A stretch of 64,000 nt of DNA, taken from Octopus sinensis. Taxonomy: Eukaryota. The notes below the pieces were generated by a model. That model ran no database searches. It saw only the letters and a list, made by a program, of their open reading frames with translations, and was not told the origin of the DNA. The DNA lies in NCBI RefSeq assembly GCF_006345805.1, contig NC_043026.1, positions 1,674,001-1,738,000 on the forward strand, in the 5' to 3' direction. The position numbers were made by a program, and so were the translations under genes. Every line of letters begins with the position of its first letter. Position 1 is the stretch's first letter. Shown in pieces: positions 25,520-40,267 of this stretch.

Positions 25520-25558
<39 letters not shown>

Positions 25559-28500
25559 TCTATACATATGCATGTATACATATAGATCTATATATATATA
25601 TATATACATACATATATACAAACATGTGCATATGTATATACACATATATAGATGCATATATGTGTGTGTGTTTGTATATGTATATATGTAAGTGAGATAA
25701 GTTTCAGTATTAAAACTGAAAGTCTCTCATATTACAATAGAGATGTTATTGTTTCACTTTTGACACACAATACTGAAATAGTGTAAGAGATGAGAGACTG
25801 CTCTGGGTTTGCATTAGGCAAGAAGTTGGAAATTCCTTTGGCCCATGACCCTGCATGGACCCTGAGTAAGGCATGCGTAAAATTTAAATGAAATCGGTTG
25901 GGGAGTTCTTGAGTTGTAGTGATGCACACATACACACACACATCCTTAGTTTTATATACACTAGCAGAGACACCTGGCCTTGTTCGGGACTAAAATGGCA
26001 TAGTCTTTTATTGTTTTACTTGTTTCAGTGATGTGACTGCGGCCATACTGGAGCACCACCTACTAATTATTCTATGAGTGTACTGTGTGTCTTTTATGTT
26101 TCTGCAGCACAGGTGTCACAAGCTATATAAGTCCATTCTGTAAGGCAGCTGGTGTTAGGAAGGGCATGCCAATACAGAGAGTGGAGCTTGGTGTGTCCTT
26201 TGCCTGGCCAGCCCCTGTCAAACTGTCCAACCCATGCCAGCATGGAAGACAGACGTTAAATGATGATGTGTGATAAATACACAAAAATAAACAAAATGAA
26301 AAGCAAAAGTGAGTTTACCTGAGGGCTATGCTGTAGTGATTGACAGCCTCCAGTGCTTCGTTGGTCTGTGACAGGAAGTCCCCGAGCATTTGATGCAGAT
26401 GGCAAGTGTTGTGGTGGACGAGGGTCTTGCGAAGTCTGTTGGGAGTTTGACAATGAAAACATTGATTGGTGTACGTCATGGTAGGGTGAGATAAGATGTA
26501 TTATGCTATGGTAGCATAGAATCAGATGTGTTGTTGCTATTGTTTCATCCCATGTTGCCCCTAGCTGAACAAACCTATGATCGAAAGCACTTCAATTGTG
26601 AACCCAAAATACACAATTGTCCAACATTGTTTTTGTCCTTTTTAAAAGCCAGAATGATCTGATTTAAGGGATATTTATTGGCTATTTGTAACAAGCCTAA
26701 CAATCCTGTATATGTCTTCCTCATCGATTCATACATACATATCTACACCAGACAGCAGGGTAGGATTTGAGGGAGATTTGGCTGCTGTTTTTACTATGCA
26801 GAGCTCTCCTTCATTGGCACATACATATATACGTAACACTAATATGTGATTTGAGGGAGATTTGACTTCTGTTTCTATTAGGCCTAGTTGCCATGCAGAG
26901 GTTTCCTTCTTTGATTCCAACAAACATTTGAAGGAGATTTGGCAGCAGTTTATATCAGATCTCGCCACCATGCACCAATCTCCCTCACTGGCTGATACAT
27001 AGATACATACATAAGACACTTAGGTGTGATTTGAGCACTAGTGTGACTAGGGTGGGGGGATGGTGGTGGAGGTCTGCCCTGGGCAGCACTTTTGGGTCTG
27101 CTGTAGGCAATATGTGTTTTTTTTTGTGGGGTCTGGGAGTTACCAACGGAAGTGCTGCCCTGGTTGGCACACACTCTAGCTATGCTAGTGGATTTGAAGG
27201 ACATTCAGCTGCAATTTCTAAAGTCTAGCTACTCTGAAGAGATTCTTTCATTGACTTGTAAGGTATGATGGTGTTAAGTCAATCCTGTGATCGATGACAC
27301 TTGAACTGTGACAATCTTGTCTTTTCAAAGTGTCCAAAAAGATGTCATCTAATGAGCACTTCCCTTTTTAAGATAGTCAAGTGTTATTTGATGGAGATTT
27401 GGTTTCTGTTTCTAGCAGGTTAAGCAACCACACAGAGGGCACTCATGAGTTAGTGTAGTGTACTATGTTGTGGTGCAGTTTGGTATGGCATGATGGGAGT
27501 GGTGGACTGGAGTGGTATGGAGTAGTCAAGTGTGATACAGAATGGTGAAAATTAGTATGGGGTGGTGGTGCAAGTGCACCATGGAGTGGTGTTGTGTAAC
27601 AGATTGTTTTTGAGGAGTGCTACTATTGAGTAGTAGCACCTGTCAGGGTCCCAGCTGTGGGTTAATTAGCATATTAGGGCTTGCTTACCAATGCATACAA
27701 AGAGAGGATCTGGGGTCCTCTGCAGAAGAAATCGTCAATGTTCAATGGAGAGGAAGGCAGCTTCAGCAATAGATTGTGGAGTGCAGAGAAGAAAGTGAGG
27801 CAAGACATCTTGGTTGTCCACTCCCAGCTACCTTGACCTGCAAAGGGAGGTCAGGGGTCTAGGGACCCAATTCTGATCTATGTATTCTTTTACTCGTTTC
27901 AGTCATTTGACTGTGACCATGCTGGAGCATCATCTTAAAGGGTCTTTTATTTGAAGAAATCGACCCCAGGACTTATTCTTTGCAAACATGGTACTTATTC
28001 TATCAGTCTCTTTTGCTGAACCGCTAAGTTACGGGGATTAAATACAGCAACATTGCAGTTCTATATTTAAGAGATGATGAATTATGTACATTATTTACAT
28101 TTGACCTCGTCTTGTTTGTTATTAACACAATGTTTCAGCTGGTATACCCTCCAGCTTCCATCAGGTGTCTTGGGGAAATTTCGAACCTGGGTTCTCATTC
28201 CTAAGGTATTTTTCGGTGTTATTATTATTATTCAGGTCAGTGCCTAGAATCGAACTCGGAACCTTGGGGTTAGTAGCCAGCACCCTTAACCACTACGGGC
28301 ATATGGCATAGTGGTTAAGAGCACGGGCTACTAACCCCAAGATTCCTAGTTCGATTCCAGGCAGTGACCTGAATAACATCGAAAAATACCTTAGGAATGA
28401 GAACCCAGGTAGGAAATTTTCCCATGGCACCTGATGATGGCTGGAGGGTATACCAGCCGAAATGTTGTGTTAATAACAAACAAGATGAGGACAAATATCC

Positions 28501-28581
28501 GTCAAATGTAAATAATGTACAGCAACATTGGTTGCCAAGCAATGGTGGGTAGGGGACAAACACAAACTGACACATACACAT

Positions 28582-28634
<53 letters not shown>

Positions 28635-31600
28635 CAACAGGCTTCTTTCAGTTTCTGAAATCCACTCACAACGCTTTTGTAAGTGGTTATAGTAGAAGAC
28701 ACTTGCCTGAGGTGCCACGCAGTGGGACTGAACCCAGAACTATGTGGTTAGAAAGCAAGCTTCTTACCAAATAGCCACACTGTGGTTTGCTCTCAATAAA
28801 TGCTGTAAGGCTCAATGTATTGATTTGCTAGAAGCCTCAAACGCTCTTAAGATGGTCTTGGTTAGCAATGATCCAACCATAACATTTCCACTTTGATTGC
28901 AAAGATAATATATTCAAGACCATATTATCCCAAACGAGGGTGATTTTGCTGCTGCTATGTTAAGCAGGTTGAGTAAAACAGTAATCTTAGGATGGTAGAG
29001 TAGTTGTGTGAATGATTTCGACAAGTCTTAGTCTCTGGAGCTTATATTAAGCAATAGTGTACAGGCTATGAAGGTTGTAATTTGAGGGAGATTTTGTTGC
29101 TATTTTTTGCAACTGAATGACCACAAAGTGCTCTCAGGATGGTGCTGTAGTATGTTCCGGAGTGATGTAATGTGTCTCTGGAGTGATTGTGAGAGCTGAA
29201 TGGAATTTAGATGCTTTGAAGAACAGTTAGTGTGTAGAGTAGTGTAACCTGACGGCCCCACTATAGGCTCTCACCATTGCATGTGTCGAGGTTTGATGGG
29301 CACTCTGATAGGGTAAAATAATGATACTCATCAGGAAGGGGAGATGAATTCAACAGGGAGTCAATAGCCAGCCTATAAATGGAGTCAGCTCCCATTAAGG
29401 CTTCTGCATCTAGCATTGCTGACTTCCTTAGTAAGCCCTGCATCCAGTCATCTCTCTTAGACATAATGGCCTTGTCATTTGTCTCACCCAAGGTAACCCA
29501 CATTAGAGGAATTTGCCTGATAAAAGTAAGGACCACCCAAGATGGCAAAAATGACACAGAAGTGTGCTATTCCAGTACTGCATACTATGCTGTATGTGTG
29601 TTTGTATACATACACACGCATATACATTACACACACACATACATAGAGGGACTTGAATGGTATTTTATTTGACATTTTACATATCCTGCCTCAACTGCCC
29701 AAATAATAAAAAACAGTAACGACAACACTAATCTTATAATAATTCTGCCTGTCATGGTCCTTCGCCCATCAGAAACGCTTTCACGTGATTAAAGAAAAGT
29801 GGGAGAGAGAAAAAGAGGGTGAGAGAAGCATCCATGATGTGAGGTAGGGGAAATGTAACTGTAACATTTTCACGTGATTAGTTGAAGAGAAAGAAAAAGA
29901 GGATAAGAAGAAGAGAGAGGCAGAAAGAGAGAGAGAAGTGTCCAATGACGTGTTAGGGGGAATGTAATATTTATTACGTGGTTAAAATAGTTGAAGGTAG
30001 TGATATAGAGGAGAGTTAGGAATATAATTTTAGCAGAGGGGTGATGTTCTGATGGTGAGATTAAAAAAAAGGTAGAGAGAGAAATGGTGAGTGCATAGTG
30101 AAAAGTAATTTTTTTTTTCTAATTGAACTAAGTTTTTTATATCACCTACCACTTAACACATCCCAAACTTGCCATTCACTTTAGAAAGAAACCAGTTTCC
30201 CATTCACCTGTCATATGCAATTACTATCAATAAATCACAAGAGTAGACATTTGATAAAGTGGGGCTGTTCTTGCCCAAACTTGTACTCAGCCATGGTCAG
30301 CTATATGTTGCATTCTCAAGGATTAGCGACTTATCTGATGTGAGAGTTAAAGTTATCAACACTGACAAGCAAGGGAAAAGAAAAGGGAGAACTGACACAA
30401 AGAATATCTTCTGCAAAGAAACATTGGATTGAAAGGTGTATTGGCTCTGACCCATCGCCTTCGCTTATAAGTTATCAATGATGTGATTTTCAGAGGTTGC
30501 ATTGAATTTTACCCTCACGAAATTGTGACCCTACATTTTACATATAAAATAATTGTACTATAAAATTTTTGTTTTCTAGATATGAAATTGTGACCATGTA
30601 AATTTTAAAATGTAATTTTTTCTGCTTATGGGAAAAATGGAAAAATAAGAATGAACATTTATTTTATGATTGCTGTGTATTAAGTCTATAAAGTTGTGCA
30701 TAAAGTATATAAAGAGCATTAAGTAATCCTCATATTCCAATTTCCTTAATTTTCCAATGAGTAGCAGATGAGTGACTATCTTTCGATTCAGACACAACAC
30801 AAGCTACGTTTTCAGGCTTTTTGGATAAAGTTTTCAGGAATAACCCAATAGGCTTACCATTGATTCTGTGAAATGGTCACAGGTCCTGCTAGTAAAAATA
30901 ATATTAGGCTTGGCGATACAGACAGGGAAATAAAACTGAAGACAAGAGTTTACTCAATAGAGGAGTGGTTACTCACAGTTCAATAGCCTTGTCGTACTGC
31001 TGTTCCTTGCCCAGTATCACAGTCATCACATACACAGCCTCTAAATATGAACTGTCCAGTTTCATTGCTTTCTCGACATATTGTTTGGCCTGAAAAAAGG
31101 GGTGGACATAGATTATATACATATATGTATGTGTTTGCATGTCAGTCAGTCTGTGTACACACACACAGAGTCAGAAAGTGATAGGACTACAGACAATGAC
31201 AGGTGGTTATAGACATACAGACAGAAAGTTAGATATCATTATCATTCTCTGTCTGTTTTCTCTGCTGGCATGGGTTGGACGGTTTGACCAGAGAGCTGCA
31301 CCGGGCTCCAGTTGTCTGTTTTGGCTTGGTTTGGTTTCTATGGCTGGATGCCCTTCCTAATACCAACCATTTACAGAGTGTACTGGATGCCCTTTTACAT
31401 GTCACCAGCACAGGTGCCACTGGCATGGGTGTCTTTCACATGCCACTGGCACATATACATACATACATATATATGTATGTATAAATGACTACTAGTTATG
31501 TTTAAAAGTCCATGTATACTTTCACAATTTCTGTATAGTAGTTAATTACTTACTACAATGGGTATAGTAGTCACAAATCTCATCATCATCCTTTAAAGTC

Positions 31601-32019
31601 CATTTCCAATGTTGGTAAGCTGGGAAGCTGCACCAGGTTCCACTGATCTGTTTTGACATGGTTTCTACAACCCAGTGCCCTTCCTAATGCCAACCACTTT
31701 ACAGCGTGTGCTGGGTGTTGTTAACATTGTACTGGTTAAGCCTTGGCAATCACTGAGATGTATGTATCACTGTATCGCTAGTGACCAGATGGTGTCAGAC
31801 ACTGCCAGCTGCATCATCTGCTTTCTTGCATTGTTGCAACTCTCAAATGATGCCACCATTGCTAATCCATCATAGGTGAGTGGACAGGATTAATGTGAAA
31901 TGAAGTGTTTGTTCAAGAACACAATGCCAGCCTGGGAATCGAAACTATGACCTCATGATTGTGAGTGCAACACCACAACCACTAGGCCAAGGACTTTAAC
32001 ATACACACACGTATATGTA

Positions 32020-32062
<43 letters not shown>

Positions 32063-32828
32063 AGAAATTAAATATAAATTACAAAATGGGACAAGAACGC
32101 AAAAACACACAAAGAGACGACACAAAAAAACAGACGGGTCATTCGAAGCCTCTAATCTTCAGTCGGGAACCGGATCATCTTAGCAATTTCGGCTGATTAA
32201 TCCTGATATCGCTCCGATACGGCCAGCCCCAAAGAAAAACTAAGCTACGGGCATTAGATTTCTTGGAAAGAGGATCGAATGTATACGAAACAAGGACAGG
32301 ATGCCACACGAATATGAATACAAGAAACAAAAAATAGAAATAAAAAACAAGAATAGTAATAACAGGACAAAACAGAGGGTGTCTTACGACTTCAGACAAT
32401 TTTTTAATTATCTTATATATATATATATATATATTGGTAACGGTAAGATAACAAAAGAAAGAAAGAGACCTCAATATTATGTAAATAGAGGAAATTTATC
32501 TGTAAAATAATATGTGACAATTATTCGGTAGCCAAGATAAAACTAGGAGTTTCAGATGCTGAAGTGAAAATCCACAACACCATCTCTTCGGTTATCTGGC
32601 CATCTCCAGATAACCGAAGAGATGGTGGTGTGGATTTCCACTTTGGCATCCGAAACTCCTAGTTTTATCTTGGCTACCGAATAATTGTCACATATTATTT
32701 TACAGATATATATATATGTGAAGAGAGAGACTTACCTTTATTGCTGTTGTTGGTTCTTCAGACAGTACAGAGGCATAGAGCTTGTAGGGAGAGAATGAAA
32801 TATATTTATATAAAGAGTTTAAAGTGAG

Positions 32829-32889
<61 letters not shown>

Positions 32890-35668
32890 AGGAAAGAGAG
32901 TCTTTCAGTTTGTATAGGGACAGGAAGCTGGAACAGAAAAAGTGAAGGTTAGCAATATGACAAGAAATAAGCAAAAGTATCTGCAAACATCTAAATATGT
33001 TTAGTCAACAGCAAAAGATGATTAGTAACTGAAAAAGAAATTTTAGCAAATGTGTCCCACATTCCTCTGTTCAGTTGTCATGTGATATTTTCATCTCTTT
33101 TACCATCATTTTAACATCTACTTTTCTATGGGTTGGATGGGGCTTACTGAGGCAGGTTTTCTACCACCTGATGCACTTCTGTTGCCAACCCTCACCAGTT
33201 TCCAAGTTAGGTAATATTTTCCCCATTGCCAGGAATGCTTTTGCAGGATACAGGAAATCAACGACACTGCTTGTCTTTGACAGAAACACTCCTCTACGAC
33301 TATCATGCAATGTCAAGACTTGGGGACAAACATATACACACTTACACGTATGAGTATGTGTGTGTATATATGTAAAAGGATAAAGACCCTTCCTCAGCCA
33401 TTTAGACTAAAAGGGTTTCCTGGTTTCCATGGTGTATTTATTCTCCCCTGGGTGGGATGCTAGTCCATCATTACCCATTCTTACCTGTGGAATGGACTGG
33501 GGGAAAATGAAATGAACAGAATGCATTGCCTGGTCCAGGAATTGAAACCACAATCTTATGATCATGAACCCAACTTCCTAACCATTAAATCACATGCCTC
33601 CACACACACACAATTTGTGTGTGTATATATATCCATATACACACACACACACATATACACTACCAATGCGTCCTGGCGTTGCCCTGGTGTTATAACCTAC
33701 AGCCACATTGCATTGTTTCTTTCTTTCTTGTGGCCAGAATCAGCACACGAGGTGCGTGAAGCAAACAACTATTCTTTATAAACATGTTTTTCAGTCATTT
33801 TGTGATGCACAATGCTGAAATTGTTGTCACCAAAAACATGTAGAATGGCAGCTTAGATTGGAAGGGAATCTTAAAATTGCCCCCAAAATGACCAAGACTT
33901 ACAGACTTAAACAATTGAATTGTCATAGCAAAGCAGAATTGCACTGGGAACTGGAGACACTTGAAATGACCTGGCATATTTGAGGGAATAAGGGGCATGC
34001 ATGGAATGTATGCGATCTCCCCTCGATGGCAGCTGGCAATGATGGTTGCTTGCGGGACATGAGTTGTCGTCGTAGTTACAATCAATCCTGTACCATTGCA
34101 TAGTTGTGGTGGGTTCAAATTCCTCAAGAGCACGATAGGTGCACCTTTCTTTAGGAACAACTAATGCGATGGCAGTCCTGTGGGAGCGTTGAGAAATTCA
34201 ACTGGATACTGAAAAGCGGCATGTTCATCAATGGTAGTATCCATGGAGACAGATGTTGAAGCATCTCCAGGTAGAATGTGGAGGAGTTCATGGTTTACTT
34301 TGTCAACTCATTCTGAGGTGCGAAAACAGCTCTCTCTCTGCGAACCATGCTATGTGGGAAATACCTTTTCTTTAAGCTCGGCCAATGTAGACACCATGTG
34401 CCCACATTGCAGTCCATGCTGCTGCAGGGTGTTATTTGATGGTGATGAGAAAATTCCTCAGCTAAGGTGTTGTACAGATGAGCTCATATATTCTTGCTTT
34501 ATGAAAGCTGATGAACAAACCTCCACAGAAATGAAGACTTTAGACATGCATAGATCTCATCAGCTCCTGCATCCCGTAATATTTGATGGAAATCCCCTGC
34601 AAGGACAACATTTACACTCCCCATAACGGCAGTACTGTTTCTAATATCCCTTACTGACCTATCTAGGGTTTCTAGTGGACCACGGTACTCCATCATGCAC
34701 TCACCCCGGACAATAAGTGTAGTTTCTTTGCAGAATGCTCTGTTTGATGTGCAATGCAAGTGTGCACGAAGAGCTTAGTAGGAATGTGATGAGAGCAAGA
34801 CTGGGCAGAAGAGGAATCAGATGTGGTGTATAAGGAAAAAGATTGTGCTAGCATGGATGAGGATAGCTGTATAAACAAGTAGCAATCCCTTAATGGCTTT
34901 GGTCAGCAGGAGGTTGTAGTAGAAGACACTTGTCCAAGATGCCTCACAGTAGGACTGAACCTGGAACCATATGGTTGGGAATCAAACTTCTTATTACAAA
35001 ACCAAACATGTGGCTTTTATAAATGTAATGGAAATACAAAATTTAAAGAAAGATTCCTTCCATCTCTCTGGTAATTAAAACAATCTCGACACCTTCAGTT
35101 TAGTCAAAAGAAAACAAAGTGGGTTGACTTACCGTCAAAGATCTTGCATTGTTACCCAACTGTCTCACCGCTTTCCCAGCTAAATTGATTGCCTCCCTGG
35201 GTCGGTGGCTGGCCATATAACAGTCAATTAAACCTGAAAGATAAGTTAAACATATATATATATAATATATCACATTTTGTTGCTTTTGTTTCAACCATTC
35301 TGGTCCCTGCCTTCAACCATTCTGGGTCCCTGCCTTCAGGAATTCTTAATTGAATGAATCAACCCCAGGACTCTTTTTTTTATCAGCTTAATACTTATTT
35401 TCTTGATCTCTTTTACTGAAGAGCTAACTATCAGGGATGTAAACACACAAACACTGGTTGTCAAGCAGTGGACGGGGGAGAAACACAGACACACACACAC
35501 ACACATATATACTATAGGCTTCTTTCAGTTTCCATCTACCAAATCCACAAACAAGGCTTTGGTTGGCCCAAGGCTATAGAAGACACATGCCCAAGGTGCC
35601 ACGCAGTGAGACTAGACTTGGAACCAAATTTTTTATTACATAGCTATGCCTGTGTGTGTGTATGCATG

Positions 35669-35700
<32 letters not shown>

Positions 35701-38700
35701 GAAATGAGGTACTCAGAAGATCGGATGGTTTATATTTACAGATATTTATTTGTATATTACATTTTTTATATATATATCATATCACTTAGATCATTAGTGC
35801 TTTCTCCCATTCTAGTGGGGTTTTCAAATCAAACTAAGTTCCTGTGTGAGGAGTTTTGACCATTTTAGAGTTTGTAGTGGTGGGGAGGAATATAAGACAG
35901 TACAAGAGGGTGAGGTGGATGAGGAGAAAGTGAGAGAGAGAACATGTGTGTATGTGCGTGTGTGTGTGTTTGTATCTGGGATGAGTGCTAAAGAAAAAGA
36001 GGGGAAGGGAGAGGGATGAAGAAGAAAAGAATTTTTTTGGTCTGCTGGACAGAATATTGACTCCAATGGGGTTCTAAGGCCTTAGGAAAAAAAGAAAGAA
36101 AGAATTTCAGTTTTGACCACTTCACAGTGTCACTGAGTGTGTGGTGGCAGGGGGGAGGCAGGCCATAAATTATATTTCCTTTTATCATTGTGGGAGAGTG
36201 TGTTTAATTAGGTATGGTCAAATGTTTATTTGGGTTTAAGAATTCTTTCCACTTTTTATGATAGTTTTGTGGAGGTGTGTGTGTGTGTCCGTATGTGGGG
36301 GTGCGTGTGTGGGTGTCTGTGAGTTTGGAGAAGGGAAGAAACAAAAAAGGGAGGAAGGGGAAAAATTGTGTTGATATTTATACCACTATATATATATATA
36401 TATATATACATGCTTATACATGAAATATTAGAAAAAAAACACCTTTTATCGATTCAAAATGAACAATTAAATTACACCATCTTAAAAATTGCATATCATA
36501 GGAAAGTTAAAATTAAAATGACAATTAAAAAGTAAAGATTAAGTAAATTACAAAAATAATATAATGTATATAATGTATATATATAATGTATATATATAAT
36601 GTATATATATATATACATACTAGCAGAGATACCTGGCGTTGCCCATGTTACATGCAATTGAAGAATTAGACTTTTCTGTTATATTTTCTCTAATGAATTG
36701 GAATATCTATGTTTCGAATTTCATCAAAATTGCAGATGAGGATTATTTCCCTCTTTACACACCCTAAAAAGAAATTGTAATCGTGCCACATGTATCCCAT
36801 TCTACTGATTTTTATGTGCAGATTCCAAAATTCCAGTCTTATAGAACCTGTTAAAAGAATTTTGCTCCTGAGAAATGGAGCTCTAAAATGTGAGAGTTAA
36901 GGCCCCTATTAAGGATGGGTGTCTTAATGTCAACCAGAGAAGTTGAATTGTTGAGAATCTTTTTAGCTTGAGTCTTATATCTATTGTCTGAATTTCTTTG
37001 AAATAGGAAATATATGTTCAGTGGGTTTGTAAAAGAGAGCAAAGCTACAGGAAACCAGAAGACGAATGATCACAATAAGCAGTCAGCTACCCTACCCTAG
37101 TCGTTACCACTCCCAAAGTAGGATTCCTCACCATCCAGGTGACAGGCACAGCCGTAAGATGCATTACAAATCTATAGCAATTGGAAGAGCATGACCCAAC
37201 TGAAATAAACATTAACAACTGTGTGACGTGAGGGCTAAGGAGAAATGAAAGTGTCACCTCTGGAGTTTGCAAATGACCACTATACTGATACGTAACTGGA
37301 CAGAATAAATTTACAATCTATAAATGTCTTTCAATAACCAGTCACTCACCTGGGAAGGCCTTGAAATCAATATTACAATCCTGGGACTATGTGTGACCCA
37401 GTGATAATAAAAAGACTGAAAGAAGGTCTCCAACCAAATAACTTTACTCAACACTTTGCAAAGTGAATCAGTGGAGGCAAAGATATCTTTCATTTACTTG
37501 ACAATTTATGCACCACATTGCAGAAATCATAATCTAAGTGTATGTCAAAGCAAAGTGTTACACTGTTGTACCATTGAATTAGAAATACTGCTTGTCTTTT
37601 ATGCTCGGGTGACCCTACAGCTTCCAAGAGTACAACTGCAGTCATCTTTGCATAGATAAAACGACTGAGTTGTGGGTGTTAAGTGCCCATGAAGAGGTCT
37701 TTCTAACTTGTAAGAAGATGAAATTTTATAAATATTACTTCATTTGTGTCTAATATCTATGGTTAAAATTTCATCAACAGCCAAAATATATGAATTTTTG
37801 TGGGGATTATGGCCCTTATACATAGAATATAATTTCCAAATTTCATAAAGATCCATTCAGTACTTTTGACCTATTTTTGGTTCATAAAAGAAATAACTAA
37901 AATTTGGGAGTTAAGGCCCCCATTAGGGTGTTATATATATATATATATATAGATACACACACACATACAAAGATAAATTGATAGATACAACTGAGAGGGC
38001 AAACAAAAATATGAGACACAGTCTAGTGCTTTTTTTATGTTGATAAGCCTGGTACTTATTCTATCAGTTTCTTCTTGTGAAACCAGTAAGTTATGGGGAT
38101 GTAAATAAACGAACACCAGTTGTGAAGCAGTGATGAGGGAGAAACATAAAGACACACACATAGACTTAGCCAGTCCACTTATGCATACCTTTCCTTCTTG
38201 GGACACAAAACTCTACTTGTGAAGACCTGTTGAGGCAAGTGAGAATCAAAATCAAAATTGATCAACATCAATGGAAATTGTAGCTGTGATACCAGCGCCG
38301 GTGGCATGTAAGAGAACCATCCAAACGTGGCCATTGCCAGCGCCGCCCCGACTGGCCTCCGTGCCGGTGGCAGTAAAAAAGAACCATCCGATCGTGGCCG
38401 TTTGCCAGCCTCGTCTGGCACCTGTGCCGGTGGCACGTAAGAGGCACCCACTACACTCACGGAGTGGTTGGCGTTAGGAAGGGCATCCAGCCGTAGAAAC
38501 ATTGCCAGATCAGACTGGGCCTGGTGAAGCCTTCTGGCTTCCCAGACCCCAGTTGAACTGTCCAACCCATGCTAGCATGGAAAGTGGACGCTAAACGATG
38601 ATGATGATGATATATACAATTGATTTCTTTCAGTTTCTGTCTACAAAATCCACTGACAAGGCTTTGGTTGGTCTGAGGCTTTAGCAGAAGACACATACCA

Positions 38701-38784
38701 AGTATCCACACAGTGGGACTGAACTGAGGACCATGTGTTTTGGAACCAAGTTTGTTATCACACAGCCACATCTGCACCTATGTA

Positions 38785-38815
<31 letters not shown>

Positions 38816-40225
38816 ATATGTATACATGTACATATGTGTATATATATGTGTACATATTACATGCACATCTATATATATATATAAATCTACACATACATGT
38901 ATACATATACATATACATGTATACATCCATATATATATACGTGTATATATATATATATACATCCATATGTATACATCTATCTATCTATATATATTATATA
39001 TATATATATCTATATATATATACACATGTAAATTTAAATTTAAAATAATAAGGGTGAAAAATTGAATATTAATTTGATTAATATGAATTGAAAACCAGTG
39101 GTGTAGCATATAAGACCATAGCGGATCTTCTAGCAAAATGGATGTCCACTGTTAATGGTTCATCCCTGTTATATAATAGTTTGACTTTAATAGTTTCAGT
39201 ATTAAAGTGAAAGCCTGTGACATTACAATAGAGAGATGTTTTTGTTTCACTTTTAACACGTAATACTGAAATAGTGGAGAAGTTGTGATATTGCTGTGGG
39301 CTCGCACTAGGCAAGAAGTTAAAATTTTTTTTGCCCAAGACACTATATGGACCCTAAGTAAGACATGAGTAAAATTTGAATGAAATTGGTTGTGTAGTTC
39401 TCAAGTTTTAGGGATTCACACATACAGACAGACACACATTCTCAGTTTTATATATATAGGTATACAGAGTCAGGCACCGTTAATCAAAAAGTTAACTTTC
39501 TTAATCTGTTAATTCTTTGAAAATGTTAGCATTAAGTTTTATTGAAAAAAGGCATAACTACAGTTTAATACCCCCATCAACTTTGTTGCCTCATAACTTC
39601 CAGAAAAATGGACACTTTTTAACAAAACTGTCACCAAATAATTGCATGTATCCTGTAAATTGAGTGTATGTAAAGATTTGTTGAAAAAACTTTTCCAAGG
39701 GGTTGGGGAGGGGAGTTTCAGAAAATTTACCGGTCCCAACATATCCCCCTCGTAACTTTCTGGAAAATAGGTATTTTGAATGAAATTTTATATAAAATAC
39801 CTTTGAAACGGTGGTAGATTACGATTACAAAGAAATCTCTTGGCAAAGTGTTTGAAAGGGGGAAGAAAAGTGGAGTTTCTGGAAAACAGAGTTTGGGATC
39901 AGACGGCCCACACAACTTGGAATTTCTTTGTTTTGGCAGGGATTTTTCCCAATGTTTTTCACTAAAGTCTTCAGAATGACGAGAGGCATCTTTCCTCACA
40001 AAAAAAACAAAAAAACTCCCGCCACCCCCTCACCACCCCAGTCCCAAACGATTTTGGCCATTTCTTTCCCACTATGCACTTAAAACCTGCAAGAGGAACA
40101 TTTTCAGTTTAAAAAAGTAATGTTAATAATTTCAGAGGAAAATGTGTGATTTAAGGGAGATCTGGCTGTTGTTTCTAATACATCCCAAAACCTCCCTGCT
40201 TGTTCCTTTCTCACTCACACAGTGT

Positions 40226-40267
<42 letters not shown>

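Noticed and set aside
28304-28375. Functional tRNA gene (and the other A/B-box heads)
   Set aside because: No proper acceptor stem or T-run terminator. It continues into a repeat tail, so it is a SINE head.
32125-32200. Minus-strand CTGAAGA...CGAAT motif
   Set aside because: It has GAAU rather than GAAA and no consistent stem I or III.
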